A stretch of DNA of 41,378 nucleotides from a virus (taxonomy: Duplodnaviria; Caudoviricetes): positions 1 to 41,378 of the IMG/VR virus record IMGVR_UViG_3300031628_000009; one strand, written 5' to 3'. The notes beneath the pieces are model-generated. The model searched no databases, had not been told where the DNA came from, and saw only the letters and a program-made list of their open reading frames with translations. A program made the translations under genes and the position numbers. Shown here one piece after another: positions 29,369 through 39,525 of this stretch (position 1 is its first letter; each line of letters starts with the position of its first letter).

Positions 29369-31179
29369 TGGCAAACTACGATGATGATGCAACGGTAGCC
29401 AAACTCAAACTAAACAAAATATCGCCATCAATGTGTATGGCAAAATGGTTACAAGTGAGTTTGCATTTACCACAAGGACGAACACATAGTTGCTATCATC
29501 CTCCAACGCATCCTATTCCATTAGATGAACTTAAAGCAAACCCTAACGCACTTCATAATACGAAATTCAAACTAGAAGAACGTAGACAGATGATGAGTGG
29601 TAAGAGACCAAAAGGGTGTCAGTACTGTTGGAATGTAGAAGATGCACCAAACTCATCGGGCGAAGTTGGAGAACAACTGAGTGATAGACACTATCGTTCA
29701 AGTGAATGGTGGGTTAAAGATGCATGGGACGAAGTAGTAGAAAATGCATGGGACCATGATATTGCTCCTCGATATGTCGAAGTTAACTTTAATCAAGCAT
29801 GTAATCTCAAGTGTGCTTACTGTTCTCCTCATCTATCTACTGCATGGGAAGATGATATTAAACAACATGGTTCGTTTAATTTTTCTGATGGCGGTGGACA
29901 CAATAACATACAAGAATTGAAAACAATTGGCTTGATGCCATTAGAAGTTGCTCGAAAAGATAATCCATATATAACTGCATTCTGGGAATGGTTTCCAAAC
30001 ATCTACTCTAATCTAAAGATTTTTCGTATGACAGGTGGCGAACCTCTCATGGATAAAAATACATTTAAAGTATTAGACTATATTAGAGATAATCCAAATC
30101 CGAATTTAGAAGTTTCATTGACAACAAATATGTGTCCACCTGACGATGCATTGTTCGACAAATTTATTGAAAAGATACAAGGATTAGAAAAACCATTAAT
30201 TGATGAAAATGACCCAACAGTCAAAGAAGTAGACTTCAAAGATTTGTTATTCAATAAGCCAGAAGATAATAAAAGAAGTGTGTTATTCTATGCGGTGGAC
30301 CCAAAGGACGGTAGTAAATTCGATACTTGGAAACAATACATAGTAGAAGAGACACTACATGGAGTTGATGCTTGGTTGATTCAGCCAAATATAGATATAA
30401 TCAAATCAGAAGATATTCCACAAAAATTCGAAGGTCTAGGACCTTGCATTGACGACCAAGACAACTCTTTTTTATACTTGAACAACTATGTAAAAGACCC
30501 AGAATGGAATAAGTGGAATCATCTATTTGAAAATGTTACGTGTAAACACATTAGTGTATTCATTAGTGTTGATGGCATTGGACCACAAGCAGAATATATT
30601 CGTGATGGATTAGATTGGGAGAAACTGATGACTAACGTTGACCGCCTTCTAACAGAAACTACACGAGTTAGTGTAACATTTATTAATACATTTAATCTAT
30701 TGAGTATTCCTAGTCTAGGTGGATTCTTAGATTATATTCTGACACTAAGAGAAAAGTTTGGATATGACTATCAAGTAGAACAAAAACATAAAGTGTTAGC
30801 ACAAAAAATATGGTTCGATGTTCCTTATATGAGGGATCCGAATTGGTTTAACATACAGTTAGCAGACGAAGATATGTTGGATGTAATTCAAGAAAATATT
30901 GAATATATGAAATCAAAAGTCTTGCCAGATGAAGAATATGGAAAATCATATCACGGCTTTAAGAATTATGAAGTACTAAAGTTAGAAAGAGACCTAGCAT
31001 GGGCTAAAGAAGGTGGAGAAATGTATGAGGAAGAACTCAGTAATAGATTGGTTCGCTTCTACGATTACTTTAACCAATATGATAAAAGACGTGGATTTAA
31101 TTTTACAGAAACATTTCCTGAGTTAGTAGACTTTATGCGAGAAGCAAAAGAAGAATATGAAGAAAAATATGCGCCATGA
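29368..31179 (+). CDS. Radical SAM enzyme 1 with N-terminal twitch/SPASM-like domain and an internal insertion
   Basis: CNLKCAYC, TGGEPL and ISVDG; N-terminal CMAKW...SCYH...CQYCW. Confidence 0.9.
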   Translation: MANYDDDATVAKLKLNKISPSMCMAKWLQVSLHLPQGRTHSCYHPPTHPIPLDELKANPNALHNTKFKLEERRQMMSGKRPKGCQYCWNVEDAPNSSGEVGEQLSDRHYRSSEWWVKDAWDEVVENAWDHDIAPRYVEVNFNQACNLKCAYCSPHLSTAWEDDIKQHGSFNFSDGGGHNNIQELKTIGLMPLEVARKDNPYITAFWEWFPNIYSNLKIFRMTGGEPLMDKNTFKVLDYIRDNPNPNLEVSLTTNMCPPDDALFDKFIEKIQGLEKPLIDENDPTVKEVDFKDLLFNKPEDNKRSVLFYAVDPKDGSKFDTWKQYIVEETLHGVDAWLIQPNIDIIKSEDIPQKFEGLGPCIDDQDNSFLYLNNYVKDPEWNKWNHLFENVTCKHISVFISVDGIGPQAEYIRDGLDWEKLMTNVDRLLTETTRVSVTFINTFNLLSIPSLGGFLDYILTLREKFGYDYQVEQKHKVLAQKIWFDVPYMRDPNWFNIQLADEDMLDVIQENIEYMKSKVLPDEEYGKSYHGFKNYEVLKLERDLAWAKEGGEMYEEELSNRLVRFYDYFNQYDKRRGFNFTETFPELVDFMREAKEEYEEKYAP

Positions 31180-32582
31180 GTAGAAAACTAGCATCAGAAT
31201 CATTTTTAGATTACAAGACAAGAGTGATGGATCCGAAGAGTTCTTCCTTTTGTGGTGCAAAATGGCATAACGCAACTATTTGGTTAGGTCACGGAGAGAC
31301 AGTTAGTTGTCATCTGCCCGCTTCACATAAAATTCCTACAGAAGAACTCAAAGACAATCCTACTGCTATTCATAATACTTTGCATAAGAAGAAGATGCGT
31401 AAGATGATGCTTGAGGGTGAGAGACCATCAGAGTGTTATAAGTGCTGGGCAGTTGAAGATGAGGGACCAGAAAAGATTTCTGACAGAGTACTAAAGACAC
31501 GTATGTACACTGATGAAGACTTAGAAGACATACCACTAAAGAAGTGGGATGATGACACGTTTCTACGAACACTTGAAATATCTTTTGATAAGGCCTGTAA
31601 CTTTGCATGTTCGTATTGTAATCCATCATTTAGTTCTACATGGGTCAAAGATATTAAAGAAAGTGGACCATACGAGCATATTATTTCAGATGAAAGAGAA
31701 CACTTTTCTAACACTGCTGACTGGACAATAAGTGCAGGTAAAACAGATGAAGACAATCCATATATTTCTGCATTTTGGGAATGGTGGGAAGCAGATGGGG
31801 GATTAGCAGATACACTAGAGGGCATTCGAATAACTGGTGGCGAACCCATCATGCATCCTAGTGTTTGGAAATTGTTCGATTGGTTTAAAGAAAATCCAGA
31901 ACGTGGAAAAAATATGAGATTCGCTATCAACTCAAATCTTGTTCCAGAGAAAGAAAAGACTTTTCAACGATTATTGGATGTGATTGACTATGTTCCTGGC
32001 TTTGAAATGTTCACAAGTTGTGAAGCAACGGGACTTCAAGCAGAATATATTCGAGATGGAATTGATTATGACAAGTGGTTACACAATTGTCAAAGACTAT
32101 TAGCACAACCAAAGTTGAGTAGGATGTACATAATGATGACTATCAATGCATTGTGTCTTTGTTCGATAACAGAGTTTATGGATGATATGTTAGACCTAAG
32201 AGTTTCAGATGATGTTGGACCATTTCTGTCGTTGAACCCTGTATATAATCCTGAGTTTCAAAGTATCTCTACATTGCCTACATATATACTAGAACACTAC
32301 CATGAAAAATTACAAGCATGGTATGATAGAAGAGGCAATGAATTGGTAGATGTAGAAGACGTTCATGTAACACGTCTTATCTCTCTTTTACAGAAAACAA
32401 TAAATAATCCACACTCAGAAGAATTATTAAAAAAGCGCCAAGGAGATTTCAAGTCATTCTATACACAGTATGATAAGAGACGTGGCAAAGATTTTATGTC
32501 AACATTTGACCCAATTATGGTAGATTGGTATAATGGTTTGGCTCCAACTAGGGTATTTAAAATAGAGGCAGGCAATGGCTAG
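31176..32582 (+). CDS. Radical SAM enzyme 2 with N-terminal twitch-like domain
   Basis: CNFACSYC and TGGEPI; N-terminal CGAKW...SCH...CYKCW. Confidence 0.9.
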   Translation: MSRKLASESFLDYKTRVMDPKSSSFCGAKWHNATIWLGHGETVSCHLPASHKIPTEELKDNPTAIHNTLHKKKMRKMMLEGERPSECYKCWAVEDEGPEKISDRVLKTRMYTDEDLEDIPLKKWDDDTFLRTLEISFDKACNFACSYCNPSFSSTWVKDIKESGPYEHIISDEREHFSNTADWTISAGKTDEDNPYISAFWEWWEADGGLADTLEGIRITGGEPIMHPSVWKLFDWFKENPERGKNMRFAINSNLVPEKEKTFQRLLDVIDYVPGFEMFTSCEATGLQAEYIRDGIDYDKWLHNCQRLLAQPKLSRMYIMMTINALCLCSITEFMDDMLDLRVSDDVGPFLSLNPVYNPEFQSISTLPTYILEHYHEKLQAWYDRRGNELVDVEDVHVTRLISLLQKTINNPHSEELLKKRQGDFKSFYTQYDKRRGKDFMSTFDPIMVDWYNGLAPTRVFKIEAGNG

Positions 32583-34110
32583 AAAACAACAAGAAACACT
32601 TCATCAATATAAAGAACGTATCATTGACCCTATCAGTAAGTCATACTGCGCCGCAAAATGGTACAATGCAACTATCTGGCTAGGACATGGACAAACTACG
32701 AGTTGTCATCACCCGCCGGGACATTGGATTCCTCTTGAAGAACTAGAAGCAAATCCTTCGGCTATTCATAATACGCCACATAAGAAGAAAATGCGTAAGA
32801 TGATGCAAGAGGGCGAACGTCCAGCAGAATGTGAATATTGCTGGAAGGTTGAAGATATGGGCAAAAATCATATCTCAGATAGAGTATTCAAAACTGAAAT
32901 CTTTAAAGATGAAGATATCCAGAAGTCAGTTGATATGCCTTGGGACGATAATGTAAACTTAAAAACTCTTGAGATATCATTTGATAGAGCATGTAACTTT
33001 AAGTGTTCTTATTGTAACCCAGCGTTTAGCACAGCATGGGTGAAAGACATCAATGATTATGGTGGCTATCAGAATATACAATCTGATGGACGCGGACACT
33101 TTCAAGACACAGCACCATATGCCGAACCTAAAACAAAACGACAAGAGGACAACCCATACATTCAAGCATTCCATAAGTGGTGGGAAAGTGACCTAGCAGA
33201 TTGTTTAGAAGAAATTAGAATCACCGGTGGTGAACCTATTATGCATAAAGGTACGTGGAAGTTATTCGACTGGTTCAAAGATAACCCAGATAGAGGACGT
33301 GATATGCGTTTTGCCATTAACTCAAATCTATGTCCTGATACTCCTAAAGTACTAGATAGACTTGTAAAAGAATCTTGGCATGTTCCTCATCTTGAAATAT
33401 ATACAAGCATGGAAGCGACAGGAGTACAAGGTGAGTACATTAGAGATGGATTAGACTACAACGCATGGATGAGTAATATTCATAGAGTTTTAAATGAAAG
33501 TAACGTAGAAAAACTTCATATGATGATGACTATTAACTCTCTTTGCTTGAATTCTATTACAGAGTTTATGGATGAGATGCTTGATTTAAGAGAGACATAT
33601 GGCCACAAAGCACCAACTATGACTCTGAATATCTTAAGATTCCCATCATTTCAAGCCGCGGCAATACTACCAGAAGATATTAAAACTTTCTATAAAGAGA
33701 AGTTGGATAATTGGTACCAGTCTGAGCGCCCACAGGAGATGATGAGTGATGGCGAGAAAGAAAGTGTTCGCAGATTAGTTGATTACTTAGACATCGTAAA
33801 GACCCCACATAAGAACACAGCAGAAACACCAAAGTTGTATAATGACTTCAAGTCTTTCTTTGCACAATATGATATACGCAGAGAGAAAGATTTCGTATCT
33901 ACTTTTCCTGGTCCACTAGCAGACTGGTTTAGTTCACTCGAAGCAGAAGTCCCATTATCACAGGATATATTATTTGGAAATAATTCTACGAATACAGTAG
34001 ACCAAGTTATTGACGACCCTGCTACAACAAAAGGGTATGATGGTGGTGACGACTTGCATGAGAAAACAGTGCCTGGTTGGAACACAGAAACCGATAACTT
34101 AGGAAGTTAA
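32575..34110 (+). CDS. Radical SAM enzyme 3 with N-terminal twitch-like domain and acidic C-terminal tail
   Basis: CNFKCSYC and TGGEPI; N-terminal CAAKW...SCHH...CEYCW. Confidence 0.9.
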   Translation: MARKQQETLHQYKERIIDPISKSYCAAKWYNATIWLGHGQTTSCHHPPGHWIPLEELEANPSAIHNTPHKKKMRKMMQEGERPAECEYCWKVEDMGKNHISDRVFKTEIFKDEDIQKSVDMPWDDNVNLKTLEISFDRACNFKCSYCNPAFSTAWVKDINDYGGYQNIQSDGRGHFQDTAPYAEPKTKRQEDNPYIQAFHKWWESDLADCLEEIRITGGEPIMHKGTWKLFDWFKDNPDRGRDMRFAINSNLCPDTPKVLDRLVKESWHVPHLEIYTSMEATGVQGEYIRDGLDYNAWMSNIHRVLNESNVEKLHMMMTINSLCLNSITEFMDEMLDLRETYGHKAPTMTLNILRFPSFQAAAILPEDIKTFYKEKLDNWYQSERPQEMMSDGEKESVRRLVDYLDIVKTPHKNTAETPKLYNDFKSFFAQYDIRREKDFVSTFPGPLADWFSSLEAEVPLSQDILFGNNSTNTVDQVIDDPATTKGYDGGDDLHEKTVPGWNTETDNLGS

Positions 34111-34114
34111 AGAA

Positions 34115-34738
34115 ATGAAGGTGTTAATTACATCCGCTGAAGGAAGAACGGGAACAACTATGTTACAAGACTTGGTTTCAATAAAACTGCGTCTTGAGAA
34201 TATGGGAGAACCAATCATAACGTCATCAACTGAGTCTGCGTATAGAAAATCTATTTCTTTGTTAGAAAAATATGACGGATGGTGCTGTAAGTTATTCTTC
34301 GATGATGTTGACACTTGGTATAATCCAGAAGAAGTTATAAACTTAATAAAGCCCGATTTGATTATCAATAGTTACAGAGAAGATACCTTTGACCAGTTTC
34401 TAAGTTGGCAGACTAGTTATCATAACAACAAGTGGAACTCTAAAGTAAAGTTAGCGTATAAAAAATACACAATAGAAGATGTTGATAATGTAGTAAAAAT
34501 ATTTCATTCTGTTCTACGAAATTATCACCAAACAATGTTGAAATTCAGTAAAGATTTCCATGTCATAAATATCTCATATGAAGAGATTATAAAGAATGAA
34601 ATGATTTATCTAGGGTTAGATTCTTCTGAATATCTTAATAGTTCAGATGGAATGACAAAACAGAATAGCAAGGAAGAGAAGATAGCACTTGTTAATAACA
34701 TTAATGAAGTGATGGCTTATTGGAAAAAATATGTTTGA
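34115..34738 (+). CDS. Sulfotransferase-like protein (Stf0/P-loop type)
   Basis: 5'-PSB-like LITSAEGRTGTTML, 3'-PB-like YREDTFDQFLSW, ISYEEI, and C-terminal TKQN...VNNINEV. Confidence 0.65.
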   Translation: MKVLITSAEGRTGTTMLQDLVSIKLRLENMGEPIITSSTESAYRKSISLLEKYDGWCCKLFFDDVDTWYNPEEVINLIKPDLIINSYREDTFDQFLSWQTSYHNNKWNSKVKLAYKKYTIEDVDNVVKIFHSVLRNYHQTMLKFSKDFHVINISYEEIIKNEMIYLGLDSSEYLNSSDGMTKQNSKEEKIALVNNINEVMAYWKKYV

Positions 34739-35978
34739 TTACAGTGACATAGTTCAAGTTGACTTAGAAGCAAGTAGTCTTTGTAATGCAGAGTGTCCGT
34801 CATGCGGACGCAGAGCAAGTGGTGGAATAAAAAATACTATTATGAAAGAGACGTTTGTTACTATAGCACAAGCCAAAGAATGGTTTTCAGAAGATTTTGT
34901 TAAACAATTGAAAATGCTAACGATGTGTGGAAACTATGGCGACTCTATGACTAATCCAGACTTGATACCTATTCTAAGATATTTTAGGTCTGTAAACCCA
35001 GATATTCAATTCTATATGAATACCAATGCAAGTGGTAGAGACCCACAATTCTGGCAAGACTTGGGTAACATTTTTAAACACAGAGGCACATTAGTATTCA
35101 GTGTTGATGGACTTGAAGATACTAATTGGATATATCGTAAAGGTACTCACTGGGATAAGATTATATCTGCTATGACCAACTACATCTCTACTGGTGCAGA
35201 TGCCAGGTGGGAATTTCTTGTGTTCAGACACAATCAACACCAGATAGAAGAAGCAACCTCGTTGTCAAAAGAACTTGGCTTCAAGCAATTCTACGCAAAG
35301 AAGGCAATGGGCTTTCATGATTTTACAGATTCAGCAGGAAAACGACAACACAGTATGAGAGTACACGGAACGGAAGGTCAATTTCAATATACAATTCAGG
35401 CTCCCATTGATGTGGACCTTGAAAGAAAGAAATGGGATTCAACAATCGATACACCGAAAGACCCCATTGACCCAGAGTCGGGATATCTTAAAGATATTCA
35501 ATGGCAATTATCTCAGTCTGTTGTTCCCAAACAAAGAATAGAGTGGCATCAAAAGAGAAGTACACAAAATAGCACAATGGATAACACATTGCCCCTCAGT
35601 GATTATGACAAACAACTTAGTGAGAGTGATATAAACTGTGAAGCAATTGCAACTAAAAAGATTTTTGTTAACAGTTATGGTCTAGTTTTTCCGTGTTGTT
35701 ATCTTGCTTCTATATATGATGATGACTATTCACAGGGCGAAACTGTGGTTCCTTTGAAAGCATTCATAGATAAGTATGGCGAAGAAAGTATTTCGCTTCA
35801 GCATAATCCACTAAAATATATTATAGATAGTGAAATATACACTACTGGGTACATTGAAACATTCGAAGATAGAGATATAAGAAACAAAAGATTAAAAGCA
35901 TGTTCTGTATTTTGTGGCAAGGATCCACATGTACACGAAACATTAAAAAGTTTAAAGACGGAGAACAATCTGATATGA
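34731..35978 (+). CDS. Radical SAM enzyme 4 with C-terminal twitch/SPASM domain
   Basis: CNAECPSC near the N-terminus, CGNYGD in place of GGEP, FSVDG; C-terminal INC...VFPCCY...CSVFC. Confidence 0.88.
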   Translation: MFDYSDIVQVDLEASSLCNAECPSCGRRASGGIKNTIMKETFVTIAQAKEWFSEDFVKQLKMLTMCGNYGDSMTNPDLIPILRYFRSVNPDIQFYMNTNASGRDPQFWQDLGNIFKHRGTLVFSVDGLEDTNWIYRKGTHWDKIISAMTNYISTGADARWEFLVFRHNQHQIEEATSLSKELGFKQFYAKKAMGFHDFTDSAGKRQHSMRVHGTEGQFQYTIQAPIDVDLERKKWDSTIDTPKDPIDPESGYLKDIQWQLSQSVVPKQRIEWHQKRSTQNSTMDNTLPLSDYDKQLSESDINCEAIATKKIFVNSYGLVFPCCYLASIYDDDYSQGETVVPLKAFIDKYGEESISLQHNPLKYIIDSEIYTTGYIETFEDRDIRNKRLKACSVFCGKDPHVHETLKSLKTENNLI

Positions 35979-37381
35979 AAATTGTACCAATATGGAAAGA
36001 TGATGGAAGTTGTGCAGAAGAAAGTGAAAACAAAACCTTCTGTATGGCACCATGGACTCACACATATATTTCTCCACAGGGCGAAAGAAGAATGTGTTGT
36101 GCCTCACGGGAAGAACATCAGTTTCAGAGACAATATATTGATGCAACTAATGATGAAGAAACATACGGACTAGACAAAAAAATAAGAACCGATGCAGATG
36201 ATTTTCAACCAAAATCACTTGACGAACATTGGAACTCTCCATACATGATGGACGTAAGAAAGAAACTTATGGCAGGTGAAACTATTCCACAGTGTGATGT
36301 TTGTAACGATGACATCCTAAGTTTGAGTTCATATAAGAAATGGTTTACTGGTCATCTATTCAAACATAAGATTGAAGAAGCATTTGAGAAGACAGATGAA
36401 GATGGTAGAACTTCTATGCCTACTATTTCATTCGATTATCGTTTCAGCAATCTTTGTAACTTTAAATGTAGAATGTGCGGAGAGTTGTTGAGTTCAAGTT
36501 GGGAAGCAGAAAAGAAAACACATAAACTATGGTCTCCTGAAGAACATCCGTTTATGATACCAGATGTTAAAAAGAAAATGAAGAACTTCACAGTTGATGT
36601 TGTTGAACCTGAATTTAGAAAAGCAATAGACGATGGCATTGTTGAAGAGATTTATTGGGTTGGTGGTGAGCCGTTGATGTACGATATACACTGGGAAACA
36701 TTAGAGAAGATGACACAGGCAGGCACTGCGAAAGACTGTTTTCTACGATACAATTCTAATCTGTCTCGTGTAGACTTCAAGGGTAAGAACTTATATGACT
36801 ATCTTCCACACTTTAAAGATTGGATGATGTGTGCAAGTATAGATGGCACAGGAAAGATTGGCGAGTTTATTCGAACTGGATTAGTTTGGGAAGAATGGCT
36901 AGCAAACTTTAAACAAGGTTGTATGTTGCCAGGTGGCAGAGAAAAGATGATAATAGATTTGACGATAACTGGTCCAGGAATGTTTTCACTCAAAGAGTTA
37001 TTTGATTTGAGTAAAGAGTTAGGCGTACGTATCGAAACAAAATTGATGTTTGCATTTCATTCTGATATGGTATTCTCCGCATTTGCTTGGCCTAGAGAAA
37101 TACTTGATAAAGTCATTGATGACAATTTAGCATATATGCTTCCTACCGCAGATAGACTACAAGACACATTAGTTAACACATTAAAAGAAATGAAAAATCG
37201 CCCTACATTTGCAGAACAATGGGAAGACCATCACGAACCCTCTGTTGGTGGAAGACAATTTCAAGCAAGATTAAGTCGTATAAGAAAAGACAAAGAGATG
37301 GGCATGCCCACTATAGAAGATATTTACCAAGAACATTGTCCTGAATTATACGACTGGTGGATGGAGTGCTGGGATGAGTAA
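35975..37381 (+). CDS. Radical SAM enzyme 5 with N-terminal twitch domain
   Basis: FCMAPW...MCC...CDVC, CNFKCRMC, VGGEPL and ASIDG. Start moved to ATG 35975 (ATGA overlap, GGAG at 35960). Confidence 0.9.
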   Translation: MKIVPIWKDDGSCAEESENKTFCMAPWTHTYISPQGERRMCCASREEHQFQRQYIDATNDEETYGLDKKIRTDADDFQPKSLDEHWNSPYMMDVRKKLMAGETIPQCDVCNDDILSLSSYKKWFTGHLFKHKIEEAFEKTDEDGRTSMPTISFDYRFSNLCNFKCRMCGELLSSSWEAEKKTHKLWSPEEHPFMIPDVKKKMKNFTVDVVEPEFRKAIDDGIVEEIYWVGGEPLMYDIHWETLEKMTQAGTAKDCFLRYNSNLSRVDFKGKNLYDYLPHFKDWMMCASIDGTGKIGEFIRTGLVWEEWLANFKQGCMLPGGREKMIIDLTITGPGMFSLKELFDLSKELGVRIETKLMFAFHSDMVFSAFAWPREILDKVIDDNLAYMLPTADRLQDTLVNTLKEMKNRPTFAEQWEDHHEPSVGGRQFQARLSRIRKDKEMGMPTIEDIYQEHCPELYDWWMECWDE

Positions 37382-38243
37382 TCTAAGAACATTAGATTCA
37401 ATGGAAAAGACACATCCAGACATGGACTTTAATAATCCTTGGCCTATTAATTTTCATGTAATGGAAAATCTTCGAAGTGGAAATAACACCGAAGGTGGCA
37501 AACGCACACATGAAACACAATGGATGTTTGATGAAGAGAAGCAATACAAAAAAGCAATAAAAAATAACCAGACGAATTATAGTTCAGATTTTACTTACAG
37601 TTTGAATAAACAAGGATGGAGATGTGACAATTTTGAAGATATGGACTTTAGAATGCAGTCTATAATATATCTTGGATGCAGTCATACTTTTGGATATTCA
37701 ATTCCAGAAGAAGAAGTTTGGTGTTCCCAGTTACATAAAATGATAGAGAAAGAAGTGAACAAAAAGTATAACTTAATTAATCTTGGCGTACCGGGCGGGT
37801 CGGTTGATGAATGGTTGCGATTTATTCCATACATTAAGAAGTTTAATCCAGCAATGATAATCTCAAATACTCCACATGTTGGCAGAATGCTTTATATTGG
37901 TGACGAATGGGATATGCCTATCCCACTTACTATTGGTATGGATTTAAAATATCTAAGAAAAACGATTAAGATATACGAACAGTTGTCATTACATGCCAAG
38001 GATTGGTTTACATATAAGCACCACATGACGCTAAATGTGATGCAGAGTTTTTGTGAAACATTGAATATAAATTTTTATGAAAGTAGTTTTCCAATTATGT
38101 CTGATGATTTCAATAATAATATTGAGCCATATAAGTCCTTAAAGCATTCACAATCAAGATTTGGAAGAGACGGTTCCCATGCTGGTTTTGAAATTAATAA
38201 TCACTATGCACGTACTATGTTAAGGAGAATTACAAGTGAGTAA
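37374..38243 (+). CDS. SGNH/GDSL-fold protein (acyl esterase or acyltransferase-like)
   Basis: IYLGCSHTFG (block I Ser), INLGVPGGS (block II) and RDGSHAG (DxxH). Confidence 0.7.
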   Translation: MSNLRTLDSMEKTHPDMDFNNPWPINFHVMENLRSGNNTEGGKRTHETQWMFDEEKQYKKAIKNNQTNYSSDFTYSLNKQGWRCDNFEDMDFRMQSIIYLGCSHTFGYSIPEEEVWCSQLHKMIEKEVNKKYNLINLGVPGGSVDEWLRFIPYIKKFNPAMIISNTPHVGRMLYIGDEWDMPIPLTIGMDLKYLRKTIKIYEQLSLHAKDWFTYKHHMTLNVMQSFCETLNINFYESSFPIMSDDFNNNIEPYKSLKHSQSRFGRDGSHAGFEINNHYARTMLRRITSE

Positions 38244-39525
38244 AACATTTTGTACATTGCCTTGGATACATTTAGCAAGTCATCCTCATGGCGGAACTAC
38301 GTTGTGTTGTGTTGCTGACCACCACAATGGTATTTCGCGGTCTAGGAAATACACAAAGTATTCAGACGATGACCCAAGAAGTGTCTCGGGAGACATATTC
38401 TTAGATTTAAAAAATAATACTATAGAAGAAGTTATGAACGGAGACTCGTATAATACTGTTCGATTAGAGATGTTGAATGGCGAAGAACCAGAGGCATGTA
38501 AGAAGTGTTATAGAGAAGAAGAGGCAGGCGTCTATAGTAAACGAATTAAAGAAAATAAAACATATGAACACTTCGATATTGAAGAGGCTAAAAATAGAAC
38601 TAACGAAGATGGCTCATTGAACAAAGTTGAGTTAGAATTCGTAGAACTAAGATTGGGCAACATATGTAACGCTAAATGTAGGTCATGTAATCCATGGAGC
38701 AGTAGTAAGTGGATTTCAGATTACAACAAGATGCGTAAAAAGTTTACTACGTTACACCTATTCGATAAAGAGTTAAATCAATTTGACTGGCCAGAACAAG
38801 AGAAGTTTTGGGATGACTTGTTTGAAAAGACAAAGAACGCAAAAGTATTTTATATTAATGGCGGTGAACCTACATTAATTAAAGAACACTTTAGATTTTT
38901 ACAGAGAATGATTGACGCTGGAAGAACTGGTGTGAAATTATGGTATAATATAAACTGTACCCAGATGACTGAAGAAATTATCAATATTTGGAAACAGTTT
39001 GATGAAGTGGAAGTTGGATTGAGTATAGATGATGTTGAGGCTAGAAATGAATACATAAGAAATCCTACTAAGTGGAAAGATGTGATAGCGACAGTAGACA
39101 TGCTAATAGAAGCAAGAGACTCATTGCCGTTTTATGATTCCAAGAAACTGTCAATAAACATAACACAAACTGTTAGTTGGATGAATTATTTTTACTTAGA
39201 CGAAATGATGGACTTTGCAAAAGACAAAGATATAAGAATTCATCATAACTTTGTAACACAGCCAGAAGAATTTTCTGTAAATGTATTACCTCTAGAAATT
39301 AGAAAAGCAGTTAATGATAAAATGGCACCATATTTTCCAGAAGACTGGGATCCTAACAAGATGGCACAGATGAGACGTAACGAACAGAAGCCTACTGATT
39401 TAAAGTTATTAAAGAAGGCAATGGACTATACAGATGAATTGGATAGCCTCAGAAATGAAAACTTTAGAATGACATTTCCAGAACTACACGATGAACTTCA
39501 GGAATACTTAGATGATATTAAATGA
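38236..39525 (+). CDS. Radical SAM enzyme 6 with N-terminal twitch domain
   Basis: GTG start with AAGGAG RBS; FCTLPW...LCC...CKKC, CNAKCRSC, NGGEPT and LSIDD. Confidence 0.9.
   Translation: MSKTFCTLPWIHLASHPHGGTTLCCVADHHNGISRSRKYTKYSDDDPRSVSGDIFLDLKNNTIEEVMNGDSYNTVRLEMLNGEEPEACKKCYREEEAGVYSKRIKENKTYEHFDIEEAKNRTNEDGSLNKVELEFVELRLGNICNAKCRSCNPWSSSKWISDYNKMRKKFTTLHLFDKELNQFDWPEQEKFWDDLFEKTKNAKVFYINGGEPTLIKEHFRFLQRMIDAGRTGVKLWYNINCTQMTEEIINIWKQFDEVEVGLSIDDVEARNEYIRNPTKWKDVIATVDMLIEARDSLPFYDSKKLSINITQTVSWMNYFYLDEMMDFAKDKDIRIHHNFVTQPEEFSVNVLPLEIRKAVNDKMAPYFPEDWDPNKMAQMRRNEQKPTDLKLLKKAMDYTDELDSLRNENFRMTFPELHDELQEYLDDIK

Noticed and set aside
30193-30540. Possible intein in radical SAM 1
   Set aside because: No Cys/Ser start, no His-Asn end and no LAGLIDADG motif.
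35900-35974. Longer N-terminus for radical SAM 5 (and 28373 start for the GT-like gene)
   Set aside because: Downstream ATGs at 35975 and 28385 have GGAG RBS and ATGA coupling, so they are the better starts.
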